DNA of 64,000 bases from Amphiura filiformis (Eukaryota): assembly GCF_039555335.1 (NCBI RefSeq), contig NC_092646.1:36795911-36859910 (forward strand). Direction: 5' to 3'. The notes under the pieces were generated by a model, which saw only the letters and a list, made by a program, of their open reading frames with translations, ran no database searches and had not been told where the DNA came from. The translations under genes were made by a program, and so were the position numbers. Below, in pieces: positions 23,925-36,827 of the stretch. The first letter of the stretch is position 1. The number at the start of each line of letters is the position of its first letter.

Positions 23925-24070
23925 TATAGGTATGTTTTGAATATATAACCCATGAACCCAGTATGAATAGAACAAAAAAGAAAGAAAAGAGAAAAAGAAA
24001 AGAAAAAACAAAACAAAATAAAGCAAATAAAAAACAATAAAGAAACAAAATGAAAAACAAAGATTAAATT
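23925..24070. repeat. Inverted repeat partner of 20380-20520
   Basis: Reverse-complement identity read directly. Confidence 0.7.
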
Positions 24071-24409
24071 TATCAAGAAAAGCTCAAACCCCAAAATAAA
24101 AATAAAGCAACGGAAAATTTTATAACGAGCCTCGAACTCCTGCTCAGTTCGGTCTTCTTAAGATGATTCAAAGTCTGTCGCTTTACCAACTGAGCTAATG
24201 AAGTTAACACACAAATGTGTAGGTTTAATTGTTCGTATATAGCTATGTGTATCGATGATTTGCTCAAAACCCTTTACACTTTTGTCACTTTTGTGGATGG
24301 CGCTGTTCATTTTTTTTTCGTTTTTGCACGTTTTCAAAAGCCCTCGATAGTAAGCACATGTGCTAACTATCGAGTGAATACGGTATGTTACCGCAAGATC
24401 TTAAAATTT

Positions 24410-25650
24410 GAGCGTGATTAATATTGTATTTATTATGCAAATAAACAATTTCAATGGGCCGGGAGCTAACCTTTTGTTGTCCATTGAAGGTCGCGCATTT
24501 ATGCATGAACGAACATGAAAAGAGCTGGCTTATGTGTTATGTACTACTCGTGAACATAGGGGAACGGCGGGTTATCCCGAACGCGGGGTAATCCCGAACG
24601 GTGCTGTCAAGAGGTTGGGGGTTCTTCTCAAAAATATTTAAAACGAAATTAGCCACTTTTGACTTTTGATCATCGGTTTTCTGATGCGTAGGAAATATTG
24701 TAGTGATAAAGAGGGGTGGATTGTACAATTAATAAGACAGGACGATTGCTTAAAGATATGACGTGACCATATCGTGTTGATATTAATAGCTTATCAGTAC
24801 AAGTAAGAACAAGTAATACATGAGTGGTGGGGTAACGGCCGTCAAGAGTGTGATGTATTTTATCTGCGTTGATCTACAGAGCTATATGTATCATGAGCTG
24901 GATATGAACTAATCTTTCACCGAGGTTCTAGAAATAAATTAAAAGTTATAATCAAAAATTCAATTCTTTTTAAAACTCCAAATTGATTCTTCAGTGAGCT
25001 TTCCAGTACCGTTCGGGATTACCTCCCAGATCGCGGGGTAATCCCGAACGACGCCATTTTCTTTGTTTCATCATATCTTCTAGCTAATTAATTAAGGTTT
25101 AGTTAATGAGAACGTGCTTATAATTAAAGTATTACCCACTCTTGATATTGGTATGGTTTATTCTACCTTACGTAATAAGGTAACGTCACATAGTTACGTA
25201 ATTCCAACGTTATTTTAACGTACCTGGACATGATTTTAAAAAGCCCTTTTGAAACATTCGGTAATGACGTCGTGGTATTTACGTCTTAAGGGCATATCTA
25301 TTGCAAAAACAAGTTTAACTCCATTCGAGGAGAATAATTATTACATTTCAAGTTGACACTCGTTGCAATTTTTTTATGCATATTTCTCCTGAAAAAAGAG
25401 AAATCGTGTTGATAAAGTGGGGAGAGTGGGGTAATCCCGAACACCTTTTCATATTATTATTAAGAGTGGGATTACCAGTAGTTTCCCTATGTTCACGATA
25501 ACACATGAGCCTAGAGCTCTTTTCATGTTCGTTCATGTATAAATGCGCGGCCTTCAATGGTAAAGAAAAGGTTAGCTACCGGCCGATTGAAATTGTTTAT
25601 TTGCATAATAAATATAATATTGATCACGCTTAAATTGTAAGCTCAAAATA
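24410..25650. mobile_element. Non-autonomous TIR element (~1.2 kb) with ~200-bp terminal inverted repeats and repeated ggggtaatcccgaacg motifs, inserted in the inverted copy of the 16.7-17.9 kb segment
   Basis: 24400-24610 is the reverse complement of 25430-25650. The gcggggtaatcccgaacg motif occurs at 24585, 25010, 25030 and 25425. The element is absent from the paralogous arm at 17160. Confidence 0.5.
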
Positions 25651-26383
25651 TTCTTTTATTTTTTAATCCAAATATTTCTCATGACGTTGATATAAATTAC
25701 ATATGTATTGTGATATCACAATTTACTAATATATAATAAAGAAGCGGCTGATTTTATCCATATGTTTAAAAACCATTAAATTTGTAATACGTTGAGAGTG
25801 CATTGAAAGTGTTTACAGTCCATTTTCTCAAAGTGGGCACATTTCATTTCATGACGTCAAACTTTTTTGTAGGTCAAATCTGTCTCGTTCGAAGGAACTC
25901 ACCGCTTACAGTTGGTTTTTGCGGAATATCAATTTTAAACGTCTTAGTTTCACAAAAAAGGAGTCATTTTCATTGTCCTCATAATATTAGCTTGCCAATT
26001 ATATGATGTTGTCCGAGGAATATACAGCCTGTCTCAAAAAAAATTGTGCAAGTAAAAAGCGCCCTCTTTGGCAATTAGAAAATATCGTTGTGACATAATG
26101 CTTACATCAACGTCAAGGGCGTAGTCTTACAACAAAAACACTATAAAATGTTCTCTTAAGTTTTTTTTAAAGACAGGAGGGATTTGGCTGTGTAATCCTG
26201 GCAAAGTGGTAGTGTCATTTTTGTTTTGGGATTTGATACCAGTGTGGAAAACTGTAAATGCTGATTAATAACAATCGCACAGTCAACTAAAAATGTTAAA
26301 CTGTATTTTCAATTGGAATACATATAACGTCTTATTTCTAGCCAATCTATTTTTGTTACTCGCTCTTTTCTTTTCTACGGTAG

Positions 26384-26542
26384 CGTTCTGGGGCGCATGG
26401 GAAGGATGGGGTTTATGTAGTGTAGCGTGTGGTGGAGGGAAACAGTACAGATACAGGAAATGCTACTACGACGGAGAATATCTCTCTGGATATTGCCCAG
26501 GATCACACTACGAGACGATAACATGCAACACAGAGGATTGCT
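26384..26542 (+). CDS. Copy 2 TSR-A exon (intact, 159 nt, phase 1-1)
   Basis: Acceptor ctacggtag|cg. It encodes (A)FWGAWEGWGLCSVACGGGKQYRYRKCYYDGEYLSGYCPGSHYETITCNTEDC, ending at the donor t|gtaagt. Confidence 0.55.
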
Positions 26543-27212
26543 GTAAGTAAAACATTTTTTTCTACCGACGCGTGAATTATGACGCCTTTTGCGACATATA
26601 CAGCTTCTCGTTTTGTGGAAACTATGATAGATAACTATAGATTCACTGAGTAGGGTAAAGTACATTGATAAATATGCCTATGCAAATCGGACATACGGTT
26701 CTCATAATAGTAATACATCGATTTATATTTTTTTGTATCTTATTGTTTCATCAATATTCAAGAGAGTCAGTGAGCTAAATTGACTAAAAAAGGCTCATTA
26801 ATATGTAATGTTTGCCAATATTTTGTTAAAAATCAATGCATTAATGTTCAGAGTTTTAATCTTGCTGACTTGTCTTAAAAACTGGTCTAATGTAGGCATA
26901 TACCGTATTATATTGTCTAGACGTCCCCTTATTTGTATTGCATTATAAATAAGTGTTTATGCATATTAGCTGTAATATATGTAATCATACGTATCTTGCA
27001 GATTCAATTCCGAATCAACAGAAACTTTGGAAATAAGCTCTTTTCGTGGGTATCTATTATGCTAAAACGGTGATGCTAAAAGTACGAGAACCCATTAATA
27101 AAACGCATTTATTCTATAAGTACAATTTTGTAATTTTATTTATGGCAATTCAAAGAAGGTCCAAACTTGATTATACTAACTTTATGATAATTGGGTATAT
27201 TTGAACTTATAG

Positions 27213-27347
27213 GTGGGTCATGGGGATCGTGGTCCGAGTGCAAATGTTCTGCTGGAATTGGTCACCAAATCAGATCCAGAACATGCCGTTACCCTTCCCA
27301 TGGTTACTATTACACCACACGTACAACGGAACGCAAATGCGATTGTC
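27213..27347 (+). CDS. Copy 2 TSR-B exon (135 nt, phase 1-1)
   Basis: Acceptor cttatag|gt. It encodes (C)GSWGSWSECKCSAGIGHQIRSRTCRYPSHGYYYTTRTTERKCDC, ending at the donor c|gtaagt. Confidence 0.5.
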
Positions 27348-27663
27348 GTAAGTGTAACCAATCTTTTTCTCTTTCTTTTTACAATTTCAGATAATGTGTA
27401 TATAAATATATATTATACGCAAAGAATTTTGCACCACATTCTTCTATTACTAAATTATGTATACTACTTTACTTCTTGTAATGGATAGCCATTATTTTAA
27501 CACAAATGAAATTGCATTATTATTATTGGAATGGTATGGGTTTGATGGAAATGTAGAAGTCATTTTGGTGAGGAAATACTTGAAACATTTACATAATTTA
27601 CATTCTTTGGTGCAACTGTCTTAGATGATGCCAAAATTAAAATCAGAACTGCTGTAGCGACAT

Positions 27664-28240
27664 CATCACTAGCCATTTGAAACCCATTTGGAGAGACAAG
27701 AAAATCTCAATGACAACAAGAATGAGCCTCCTGAGAGCATTGCTTGTTTCAATCTTCCTGTATGGGTGTGAAACCTGGACGAAACCTGAAACCTAAATGC
27801 CGAGATGGAAAAAGGATTAATGCGTTTAACTGCACGTGAAGGCTCCTCCAGGTCCAATACTCTACACATATATACTACCAACAAACAAGGGCAATAATGG
27901 AAAGTTTCATTGGAGAGCACAAACATCTGATCTCCATTGTGAAAAGAAGACAGCTCCAGTGGTTTGGCCATGTGGAAGAACAGTCTAGCTAACACCATTC
28001 TGCAGGGAGGTACAGATGGGGTAAGGAAGAGAGGAAGACCAAAGAAGACATGGATTGATAACATCAAAGAACCGACTGAATTGAACTTTGGAAATTGTGC
28101 ATCTCTAAAGCCAGCACTTAACCAGTGTGCCATTCTGCTGATATACTTATATCGCATAATGAATATCATTCGCCTATCGAGAAAACGCAAAAGCCTCATT
28201 GTGACCTCAAGGGTTGGTGGTACCCTGATTTTTAAATAAA
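27664..28240 (+). mobile_element. Non-LTR (LINE, CR1/L2/RTE-like) retrotransposon 3' fragment, frameshifted
   Basis: Translations give ...LLRALLVSIFLYGCETWT... and ...RRQLQWFGHV...RKRGRPKKTWIDNIKE..., which are the characteristic C-terminal motifs of LINE ORF2. Stops and frameshifts are present. It sits in the copy 2 intron between TSR-B and Hint. Confidence 0.55.
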
Positions 28241-28671
28241 ATGTTTGGGGAAAATATACGCTGCATCACCTAGATGATAATTGAGTTACTTAAGATGACT
28301 TCTTTAACAAGTACTACTTGGCTTTAGGCTTTAAAAAAGTTGACTTGCCTTTATCGACCGACCCAAAAATCTGAAAAACCAGAGTCGCCATTTTTTTCTT
28401 CATTTTTTTTAATGTCAGATTTTGATATTTTGGTTTATAATTTCAGAATATTTGTTTTATTTATGGTTTACTGTATCTATACAAATTCTGACTCGATTTC
28501 TGCGTTTGTGTTTCATATAAACCCTGTGACTACATTTAAAACATGTTCTGAGTACCTAAGGCATTGACATTGAAACATTACGCATATATTGCATTATGTA
28601 GAAATCAGTACCTTCCCATTTCCCCTCAACTCTAGCCAACCACCACCAAAATCCTACTCACGCCACTGCTA

Positions 28672-29084
28672 TAATTAACGACAGAGATAAAAAGATTTTA
28701 TCGCGTCTGATGTCACTGTCAATTACGATCCTTGATTGTTTACACAGGTTGATAGCGGGTAAAAGGAAGACCGATCTATCTGGTGCTGATCGGAGAAAGG
28801 AATAGCAGCAAATGGCAAAAATTTACGTACTTTTACAAGGCAAAAATCTGCTTTTTTAGGCATTGTTGACATGGTGCCTTCGCGGAAGAAGGTTTCCTAC
28901 TATAAAGACCTAACTTTTGAGATGGTTTGCATGTTTGAAGGTGTAAAATTAACAATAAGGCGCCCGGTTATACCGTCGGGTTCAGCAAGTCATCATCACG
29001 ACACTTGTAAACAAATCGTGCTCGAATTTGATTGACAGATGACGTCAGACGCGATAAAATCTTTTTATCTCTGTCTTTAATTAT
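28672..29084. mobile_element. MITE (~410 bp, ~55-bp TIR taattaa[c/a]gacagagataaaaagattttatcgcgtctga...), TA-flanked, in copy 2 intron
   Basis: Left terminus at 28673 and right terminus at 29025-29082 are reverse complements. Confidence 0.6.
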
Positions 29085-29195
29085 AATGGCCGAATTGGGT
29101 TGACCGTTTATTTAATTGGCAGTAGCGAGACGTTTTCTTTTCTCTCTCGTTTTAAATCCATTTTCTTTTCTTTTTCACTTCTTTTTTTTCAACAG

Positions 29196-29848
29196 CATCA
29201 TGTTTTGCTTCCGACTCTATGGTTCGCGTGAAAATACTCACCAACGATGATACGAAAATAGAACGTAAACGAATGGATCAACTGAAAGTAGGAGATAACG
29301 TGGAAAGCTTTGATCCGGAAACCAACTCGGTAGCATTTTCCAAAGTGTACTTCATATCTCATGAAGATGATACCAGCAACTCCTTTCGCTTGATAAAGTT
29401 AGTGTTCGGTTTCGAGGATGAGAAAGAGCTATCTCTTCGTCTGCATTCGAATCATTTGGTGTACGCGTGCAGTGTTGAGGAGAAAGCTGAACCAAATGTA
29501 GCACCCATCACTGATTCCTGTCGTTATCCACCGATGAATCCAGTAACCGCTGAAAGCGTGCAAATCGGCGATATCGTGTGGCTGAGAAATTCTGCCGGTG
29601 AATTCACGCCAAAACCAGTGATCGACATCGGTGAGTCGTGGAATGGTATTCGACATCCAATGACTCTTAACCATTACATTGTTGTAGATGATGTGTTGGT
29701 GTCTGTTCATATGTATGACGAAGGGCTATACAGGCAGGTCACGGCTCCGTTGAGATTTCTGTATGGCATCAGCTCGTCTATCACCGACACAAGCCTTGTT
29801 AAGAAGCTGGTCCAAATGTGGGATCATGTTGAGGGAAATTTCTTGTAA
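29196..29848 (+). CDS. Copy 2 Hint-domain exon
   Basis: Acceptor ttttcaacag|ca. It encodes (P)SCFASDSMVRVKILTNDDTKIERKRMDQLKVGDNV...VVDDVLVSVHMYDEGLYRQVTAPLRFL...VEGNFL, ending at stop TAA at 29846-29848. Confidence 0.6.
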
Positions 29849-30264
29849 GTGATTAGAGACACTGGTTTGGATTAAATATTAAGAAACTTTAACAATATTG
29901 GTAAAGTAACCCTATCATCAACTACATATCACTACTTATGCATTAGACATTTTATATGTTGGTTTGTCGTAACCGTCAAGAGATCAACATGTTTTGATCG
30001 GGCGTTTTACTCCTTTCTGTGCTTTGGTCTTTTCTATTCAGTTTGAACAAAGTTTGAGGAACAAATGCATACAGCACTAATGATAACATGATTTCGATGA
30101 GGCTACGAAAATTTAAAAGCTGGCATCGACTGTAACCACAGACACCCGGTATCTTCAAGTCAATGGTAAGTACTTAATTGGTTATAATGTTTCTGACAAA
30201 TTATTGATGAGTGGTGATAATACGTTTGTGAAGGTTGCCATTCATCAAGGTTTAAATATTGAAA

Positions 30265-30616
30265 TTAAACATAAAACTGATCAACTGGACTCACATTTAT
30301 TTGAGAGGCTACAGTATCGCACCTAATCCAAGGTGCATCTTCAGGCCGTCTGATGATCTGGCGGCAAAAGGTCGTTGACCTGTGACAAGGTGGTGTTGCC
30401 AGAGGTCGTGGATCTTGAGTCGAACTTCTTAGGAATGTTCTTGATGACAGAAGTGTAAGCCCCCGCCAAGTTATGGCGAAGACCGTCACCCCTGTTTAGT
30501 GAAGGTTGTTCTTTCTTGACGTAAATTGCTTCTTTGACGCCCCTTTCAAACCACCTGCGTTCTCTGTCTAAAATCACAACATCTTGGTTGTCAAAAGTGT
30601 GATGTGTACTGTCCAA
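30265..30616 (-). mobile_element. Retroelement fragment with GIY-YIG-nuclease-like C-terminal motif (Penelope-like element candidate)
   Basis: The minus-strand ORF reads ...VVILDRERRWFERGVKEAIYVKKEQPSLNRGDG..., which matches the E-A-x-x-I...P-x-(L/Y)-N tail of GIY-YIG endonucleases. The block 30225-30625 is an insertion relative to the paralogous copy 1 flank (15150). Confidence 0.4.
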
Positions 30617-31189
30617 ATGCGTGATAAGTTTGACGACAAAATGTACGAATTAATGTGTTTTAATTTTATTGCATATATCGTTTTATGACTGCGTACAATT
30701 TATTGCCCACCCATTTCTCAAGATACACCCCTTTGATATCACTGACTTTATCATGTGCAGAGAAAGTAGGGAGATTACGATCCTTTAAAATAGGAGATAC
30801 CTGGCCATTTTTTGTATAAGTTTAGAATGATTCCGTTTTTACATAATTTTAATTTAAAGTGGAATAAAGCTAAATTTAAGAATTGAACTTTTCTCAAAAT
30901 CAACTGATATTACCAAACTGATGTAATAAAAATATTGCTTTCTGGGAACCTGGTTGTGTTGGCAAAAAACACCATTAAGTGTTGTGCAGTATTGTTCTTA
31001 ATATCTGATATTATGCCAACGAAACAGAATTTATCCAGATGATCTGATGGGAGAATCATCAAAATTTAGTTTTGCGTAATCTTGGTTTTTCAACAGTCTT
31101 TGTGAATGTAAAGGTTAACCAAATTAGGATCTTAAACATTCGTCAGAACGAAGTTCCTTAACTATAATATATTGTTATAGACATGCTCT

Positions 31190-33155
31190 CAAGAGTGCAA
31201 ACCTGTTTCTGCCATTTTTTCATTCGCGGACCTATTTTTTTCGATAATTATAAAAATGCGATTTTTTTGATGACTCAAATTCATGCATAGGCTTTACACT
31301 TTCATTTAAGCTATAATTCGCTACTCTGTCTGATTATTAGTCCACACAGCAGCCCATAATACCGCAAAAACTTTCCGTATTTTACCGGAACTTAGTAGGG
31401 TTGCACAAATGGTGCATTGGTTTAGTGGTGTGCTCCCTTCAAAGGTAACTGATGTTCTTAAAATCGAATTTTGTTATGTCTTTCTACGAATATAAAATGT
31501 TTTTGAGTAAAACACTCAAAGTTCGAGTGCTCTGCGACATCCACATCAAGAAAATGTCCTGTCAAAGTAACATGGTCAATTCCAAAAATGTGCAAATTTT
31601 CAACATTAGCTAACATTTTGACCATTATGCTTATTTCCCTAGATTTGCATTAAATACCCATTCTCGACATATAGTTTTTGACCGTTTATCTGCTAAAGAC
31701 CGCTTTCAAATAAAAAGAAATTATGTTTAATAATTGCAAGGGTCTGTATATTAATGATTTTGCATTAATCCCCCCCCCCTTTATATAAAAAAAAAAAGAT
31801 TTGGGACGTTTAAAAGACTTGTGCCGATTTCTCACCTTAAGACAATATTGCTCGAGGGCTCGAAATCTTAGTTTTCCTCACAATTTTTGACCGTTTCTTT
31901 AACTTTGAAGGCCTCTGAGAGAATAAACTTAGCGCGACTTGCATTTAAAACGTATTAAATATATTTACTAACATAACAACTATCTATTTAAATCGAAAAA
32001 ACTGCAATTTAATCAAAAGTCAACTTCAATTTTGGCTGAATCTCTCAGGAGCCCGATTTTACACCTAGGCCCTTCGAAGGGCGCACACCACTAAATAATC
32101 GCCCCATTGAAATACGTGTGAAAACACCGGTTTTCTTTTCTCGTTTTTATGCCTTTCGGCGCTTTCTGAGATATTTAATGATAACCAGTCGATTGCAAAT
32201 CGATGAAAGTTTAACATATGTTTCAATGTTTGGGTAGTCTTCCGTCTCGTTTTCCCGGTAGGAGCCACTGAACAGCGCCCTCACTGTTTTTGACATGCTC
32301 TTAAGAGTGCAAACCTGTTTCTGCCATTTTTTCATTCGCGGACCTATTTTTTTCGATAATTATAAAAATGCGAATTTTTTGATGACTCAAATTCATGCAT
32401 AGGCTTTACACTTTCATTTAAGCTATAAATTCGCTACTCTGTCTGATTATTAGTCCAAACAGCAGCCCATAATACCGCATAAACTTTCCGTATTTTACCG
32501 GAACTTAGTAGGGTTGCACAAATGGTGCATTGGTTTAGTGGTGTGCTCCCTTCAAAGGTAACTGATGTTCTTAAAATCGAATTTTGTTATATCTTTCTAC
32601 GAATATAAAATGTTTTTGAGTAAAACACTCAAAGTTCGAGTGCTCTGCGACATCCACATCAAGAAAATGTCCTGTCAAAGTAACATGGTCAATTCCAAAA
32701 ATGTGCAAATTTTTAACATTAGCTAACATTTTGACCATTATGCTTATTTCCCTAGATTTGCATTAAAACCCATTCTCGACATATAGTTTTTGACCGTTTA
32801 TCTGCTAAAGACCGCGTTCAAATGAAAAGAAATTATGTTTAATAATTGCAAGGGTCTGTATATTAATGATTTTGCATTAATAACTCCCCCCCTTATATAA
32901 AAAATAAGATTTGGGACGTTTAAAGACTTGTACCGATTTCTCACCTTAAGACAATATTGCTCGAGGGCTCGAAATCTTAGTTTTCCTCACAATTTTTGAC
33001 AGTTTCTTTAACTTTGAAGGCCTCTGAGAGAATAAACTTAGACTTGCATCTAAAACGTATTAAATATATTTACTAACATTAACTATCTATTTAAATCGAA
33101 AAAACTGCAATTTAATCAAAAGTCAACTTCAATTTTGGCTGAATCTCTCCGGAGC
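31190..33155. repeat. Tandem duplication of a ~0.9-1.1-kb unit (2 copies; second lacks ~230 bp tail)
   Basis: 31190-32290 and 32290-33155 are more than 95% identical (atgctct[c/t]aagagtgcaaacctgtttctgccatttttt...). Confidence 0.85.
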
Positions 33156-33655
33156 CCGATTTTTAAGTCAGCGTACCCGTAACCCAATTCACGACGTTCG
33201 CTAACGTTGTACTTAGGTTGTGATAAGGTAACGTCGCAACGCTAATATAAAGTACCGGACATAATTTTAAAAAGCCTTTTGGAAAAATTCGGTAATGACG
33301 TGGTCATCCCATTGAATATTAGGCCCATAATATGTTTCGTTGGGCGATATATGTTGGAGATGAGAGATACGACGACGAGATACTAAGACACGATGCGACG
33401 AAGGTTAACACAAAGGCATGATGGATGAGATACGATGGCGAGATGCGAGGGCGAGATACGAAATAATACCAATAAAATTTTAAATGCAACCTGGGAGTCT
33501 TTGATTTTTTTTGGCAACCCATCACTATTTTCACAAACATCACTCAACGTTTGTCTATTGGGCGCATTGGTCATTATTACAAATCCACCCATCGCAGTAT
33601 ACCAAAATCGCTGAAAAGGTACCCCCAAAACCGTGACACATATTCAAGTACATAC

Positions 33656-33998
33656 CGGGGGTCACTCCCATTGTGGACTGTACACCACCCGCGATAATCA
33701 ACTTTTGAAAAGCACCCTAAGGATTTAACCCATGGGTAAAACGATACCCTAAACAGGTAACAGCGCCTGTTTTCACGCCCTAAACTGGGATTTTATTCCT
33801 TGCATCAAATTTCATACCCTAAATTTCGTTTCCGCGTATTTGCCATTGCAATTTTGCTACCCTTTTTTCCAATTTTTCATGTTTTTGACACCCTAAACAC
33901 GATACGCGCGTATCGTGCCTACCCACAAAAAAACTACCCTTTTTACGCGTTTTTATTATCGCGGATGGTGTACAGGCCACAATGGGAATGACCCCCCC
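33656..33998. mobile_element. MITE with ~40-bp TIR gggggtcactcccattgtggactgtacaccacccgcgataat
   Basis: Inverted termini at 33658-33700 and 33955-33996. The homologous flank at about 57080-57110 is uninterrupted, so this is an empty site. Confidence 0.6.
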
Positions 33999-35350
33999 CC
34001 CCGGGAAAATGCAAGCTGGAAAGCAAAATAATAAAATCGTTGGGAATGAAATCAATCCACGTCACGTGGTCTACTATATCATGCAACACCGCTTTTGCCA
34101 CAATTATAATTATGTACTTCCTATTGTAATCATGGTAATGTGTACTTTGATTTATACATGATTGTAAAATCGTACAATGAATTGAAATTAAAATAATATG
34201 TACTGATAAAAAGTCATGACAATTGTTTGTTCAACTATTTGTGAAGTCAATGTATATCGATCGTTACAACGTCGTATAATTGTCATCTCATGATCTACGT
34301 TGTAAATGCGTAAACTCGTATTCGTGTTGTGACAGGGTTATTTCGGGTGTTTATTTTCGGACGTTGATATAACGTCATTTTGACGTTGTTTCGATGTCAA
34401 GTTGTGAACATATTATTCAAAACTCCCTATTAAGTCCGGTCGAACGTTGTAACAACGTATGACTTACAGAAAGTTAACTTCGTACGTGTTTAAGGGGAGA
34501 GTGGAGAGGGCGTTTGGTGATGCGTATATTATGAAATTTGTTTTGTTTTTCAGTTACATAAATCCACGCCTTTTTTTAAGAGCGCAGCTGTAAATATTTT
34601 TCAACCCCTGGCTGGAATATTAAACTTTATGTATCCCTTCGACAGTTTGCACTGCATTGTGGGAAAAACATAAATAGGCTATTTGTTCATATTCTATATA
34701 TGTTGCTCGTAATTCTGCTCAGTGGCGTAGATTTCTTTTCGCCATGGGGGGGATGGGGTTTGAAAAAAATTCTAGCAAACTCAGCACCTTTTGGCGCCAA
34801 AACAAAGTAATTTTTCGCGAAGCGTGCGAAATATTGTACTGGTGAAATATTGTACAAAAGTTAAATAAATTCACCCGAAGCGTGAAAAATTTGGCATTTT
34901 TTAGGTTAAAATGGCCAAATATGGGGTTAATTTGGTCAGAAACCCATAAACAGGCGTCAAGATTGGGGGATGATTGTATGGACCATCCCCCCTGGTAAAA
35001 TATGGGGGGATAAATCCCCCATCCCCCGGGGTCTACGCCTATGAAATTTCTGCTCTCCACCCTGCAGTGCGTAATGGAGTACTACCATCGGCTGCTGTGG
35101 ACTACTGGTAAGTATTTGTTGTAGTGTTACCAAACATAAAATAGGCCAATGTATCATGCAGGAAGAAGCTCTGGTTACCTTTACACAAGCACAAACTTGT
35201 TCCTTGAGATAAAAACAATATACATTTCACTTTCGATCATTTTGTTTGTGTTCCTGGAGAGGTAAATGCTGGTAGTGAAGCTTAGTGACATCTTTAACTG
35301 TCACATGATTTCCAGTTTATCCAATAATTTCACTTGCCTCGGTTCATTTC

Positions 35351-35356
35351 TATAAA
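35351..35356 (+). promoter_or_regulatory. TATA box 62 bp upstream of the copy 3 ATG
   Basis: tctataaatacttgcc, with the same spacing and context as the copy 1 TATA. Confidence 0.55.
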
Positions 35357-35412
35357 TACTTGCCTATAGGAATTAACTGTTTCATTATATTGATGCGGCT
35401 TATCGAATAATC

Positions 35413-36103
35413 ATGGCGCTTACGATACTGTGCAGTTTTCTTTTATTGAGTGCATTTTTATACGCTCCAACTGTCTACGGATTCCAAGATCTAAACGACA
35501 ATGACGCGAGGTATATTGAAGGATTGTACGCAACCTTTCGTAGCCATTTTATTGCATTATGTTCGAGTAACAACCTCAACTTGAATATGACTTCGGTTCA
35601 ATTTGGTGTTTTAACGATGGGCAGAATATCAAACGCAAATGATTATCGTCCATTGCCTCTTCTTTTTTCCAGCACCCTCCCGTGCGCAAATACTTGCCCT
35701 GTGACAGCTCCAAACTACCATGCTGCTGTTCCATTACGCTTAGGTTCATCAAATTACAGGACCCATTGTGAAATACAGTTGATAGACGCCTTCGATCGGT
35801 TGAGAGGTTCTTATACAGGTTTAACAGATGTCTACATACTAACATACTTCAGTCCGTGCAATGATTGTGCTGAGAGACTGCGACGTCTGGCACAACGATG
35901 GCCTCAAATTAACTTCCACATTGGTTACATGACGGAATATCGTAGACCAATGCAGCAACCAAGCGGGTCCGGACAGCAATGGGTGCCAACCCTGACTAGA
36001 ACTAGAAATATTCTTCGGAATTCGCAGAACATCTTCTTTGGAAATGTAAGAGGTTTCTGTCAGCCGAGAGGAAAACGGAATGCAAATGATTGTGACCTTC
36101 CTG
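35413..36103 (+). CDS. Copy 3 exon 1: signal peptide + deaminase-fold domain + RGKR site; GTAAGA donor
   Basis: N-terminus MALTILCSFLLLSAFLYA... The zinc motif is HCE...(29 aa)...PCNDCAERL. RGKR lies at 36067-36078. The donor is ctg|gtaaga at 36104. Overall identity to copy 1 is about 65% with indels. Confidence 0.65.
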
Positions 36104-36827
36104 GTAAGATTTTAAAACGATAACGCTTTTTTAAGGGTTGTGGCTGTTGGAATAAAGACCAAACAAACAAATTCTTGTTTAAGCCGTAATATTGTAGTCT
36201 TTCAACCCTTTCACAACTTCAGCTGTGTAACTTACAAAAAATCCCGCTAAAAAGTGGTTCTTTTAATTTTAGAAAATACATTAAAAATCGCATTGGACTT
36301 TTTGTACTGATCGTACTATAAATGACCACCAGCCTATAATGTTCTGATCACATTTGTTCTCTATTGTTCCTTGCCCGGAAATATGCCCACGCAGTCAGGG
36401 ACCGTGCTTTTAAAACGCCCGCCAGATCACACAATAAGGCCATTGAACTGTGTAGTGGTCATACGTATTCGCGGAAGTAAAACGGTAGCACTGTCCCTTA
36501 TCGACTCATGAATAATGTGTGGAAACAGGTCAAGGACGGCATTCTGATAATTCTAATCCTTTCTTTTGAGGTCAATAGAATAAAGAAAGACCTTGAACAC
36601 AGGTGCCTGGTTGTAGATAATCATCAAAGCTGCTGGCATATAAGATATTTCGAGGAGGCAGCGCTTATTATTTCTTGTAAACACAATCTAATATGGTACT
36701 CACTACATGTAGAAGAGATATAGCTTCATGTTCAGTGTAATCAATTAAAATACTATGACTGGATATCAAAAAAATCGCGAGGCATTCCTTCTTGTTATGG
36801 ACGACAAGTATTAATTTTTATATTATT

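Noticed and set aside
35040-35111. Possible non-coding leader exon (conserved block ending in ctg|gtaagt in copy 3)
   Set aside because: The donor-like site is not conserved in copy 1 (cttgtatgt). No conserved AG acceptor precedes the ATG across copies. The TATA boxes at -62 give a simpler single-exon 5' end.
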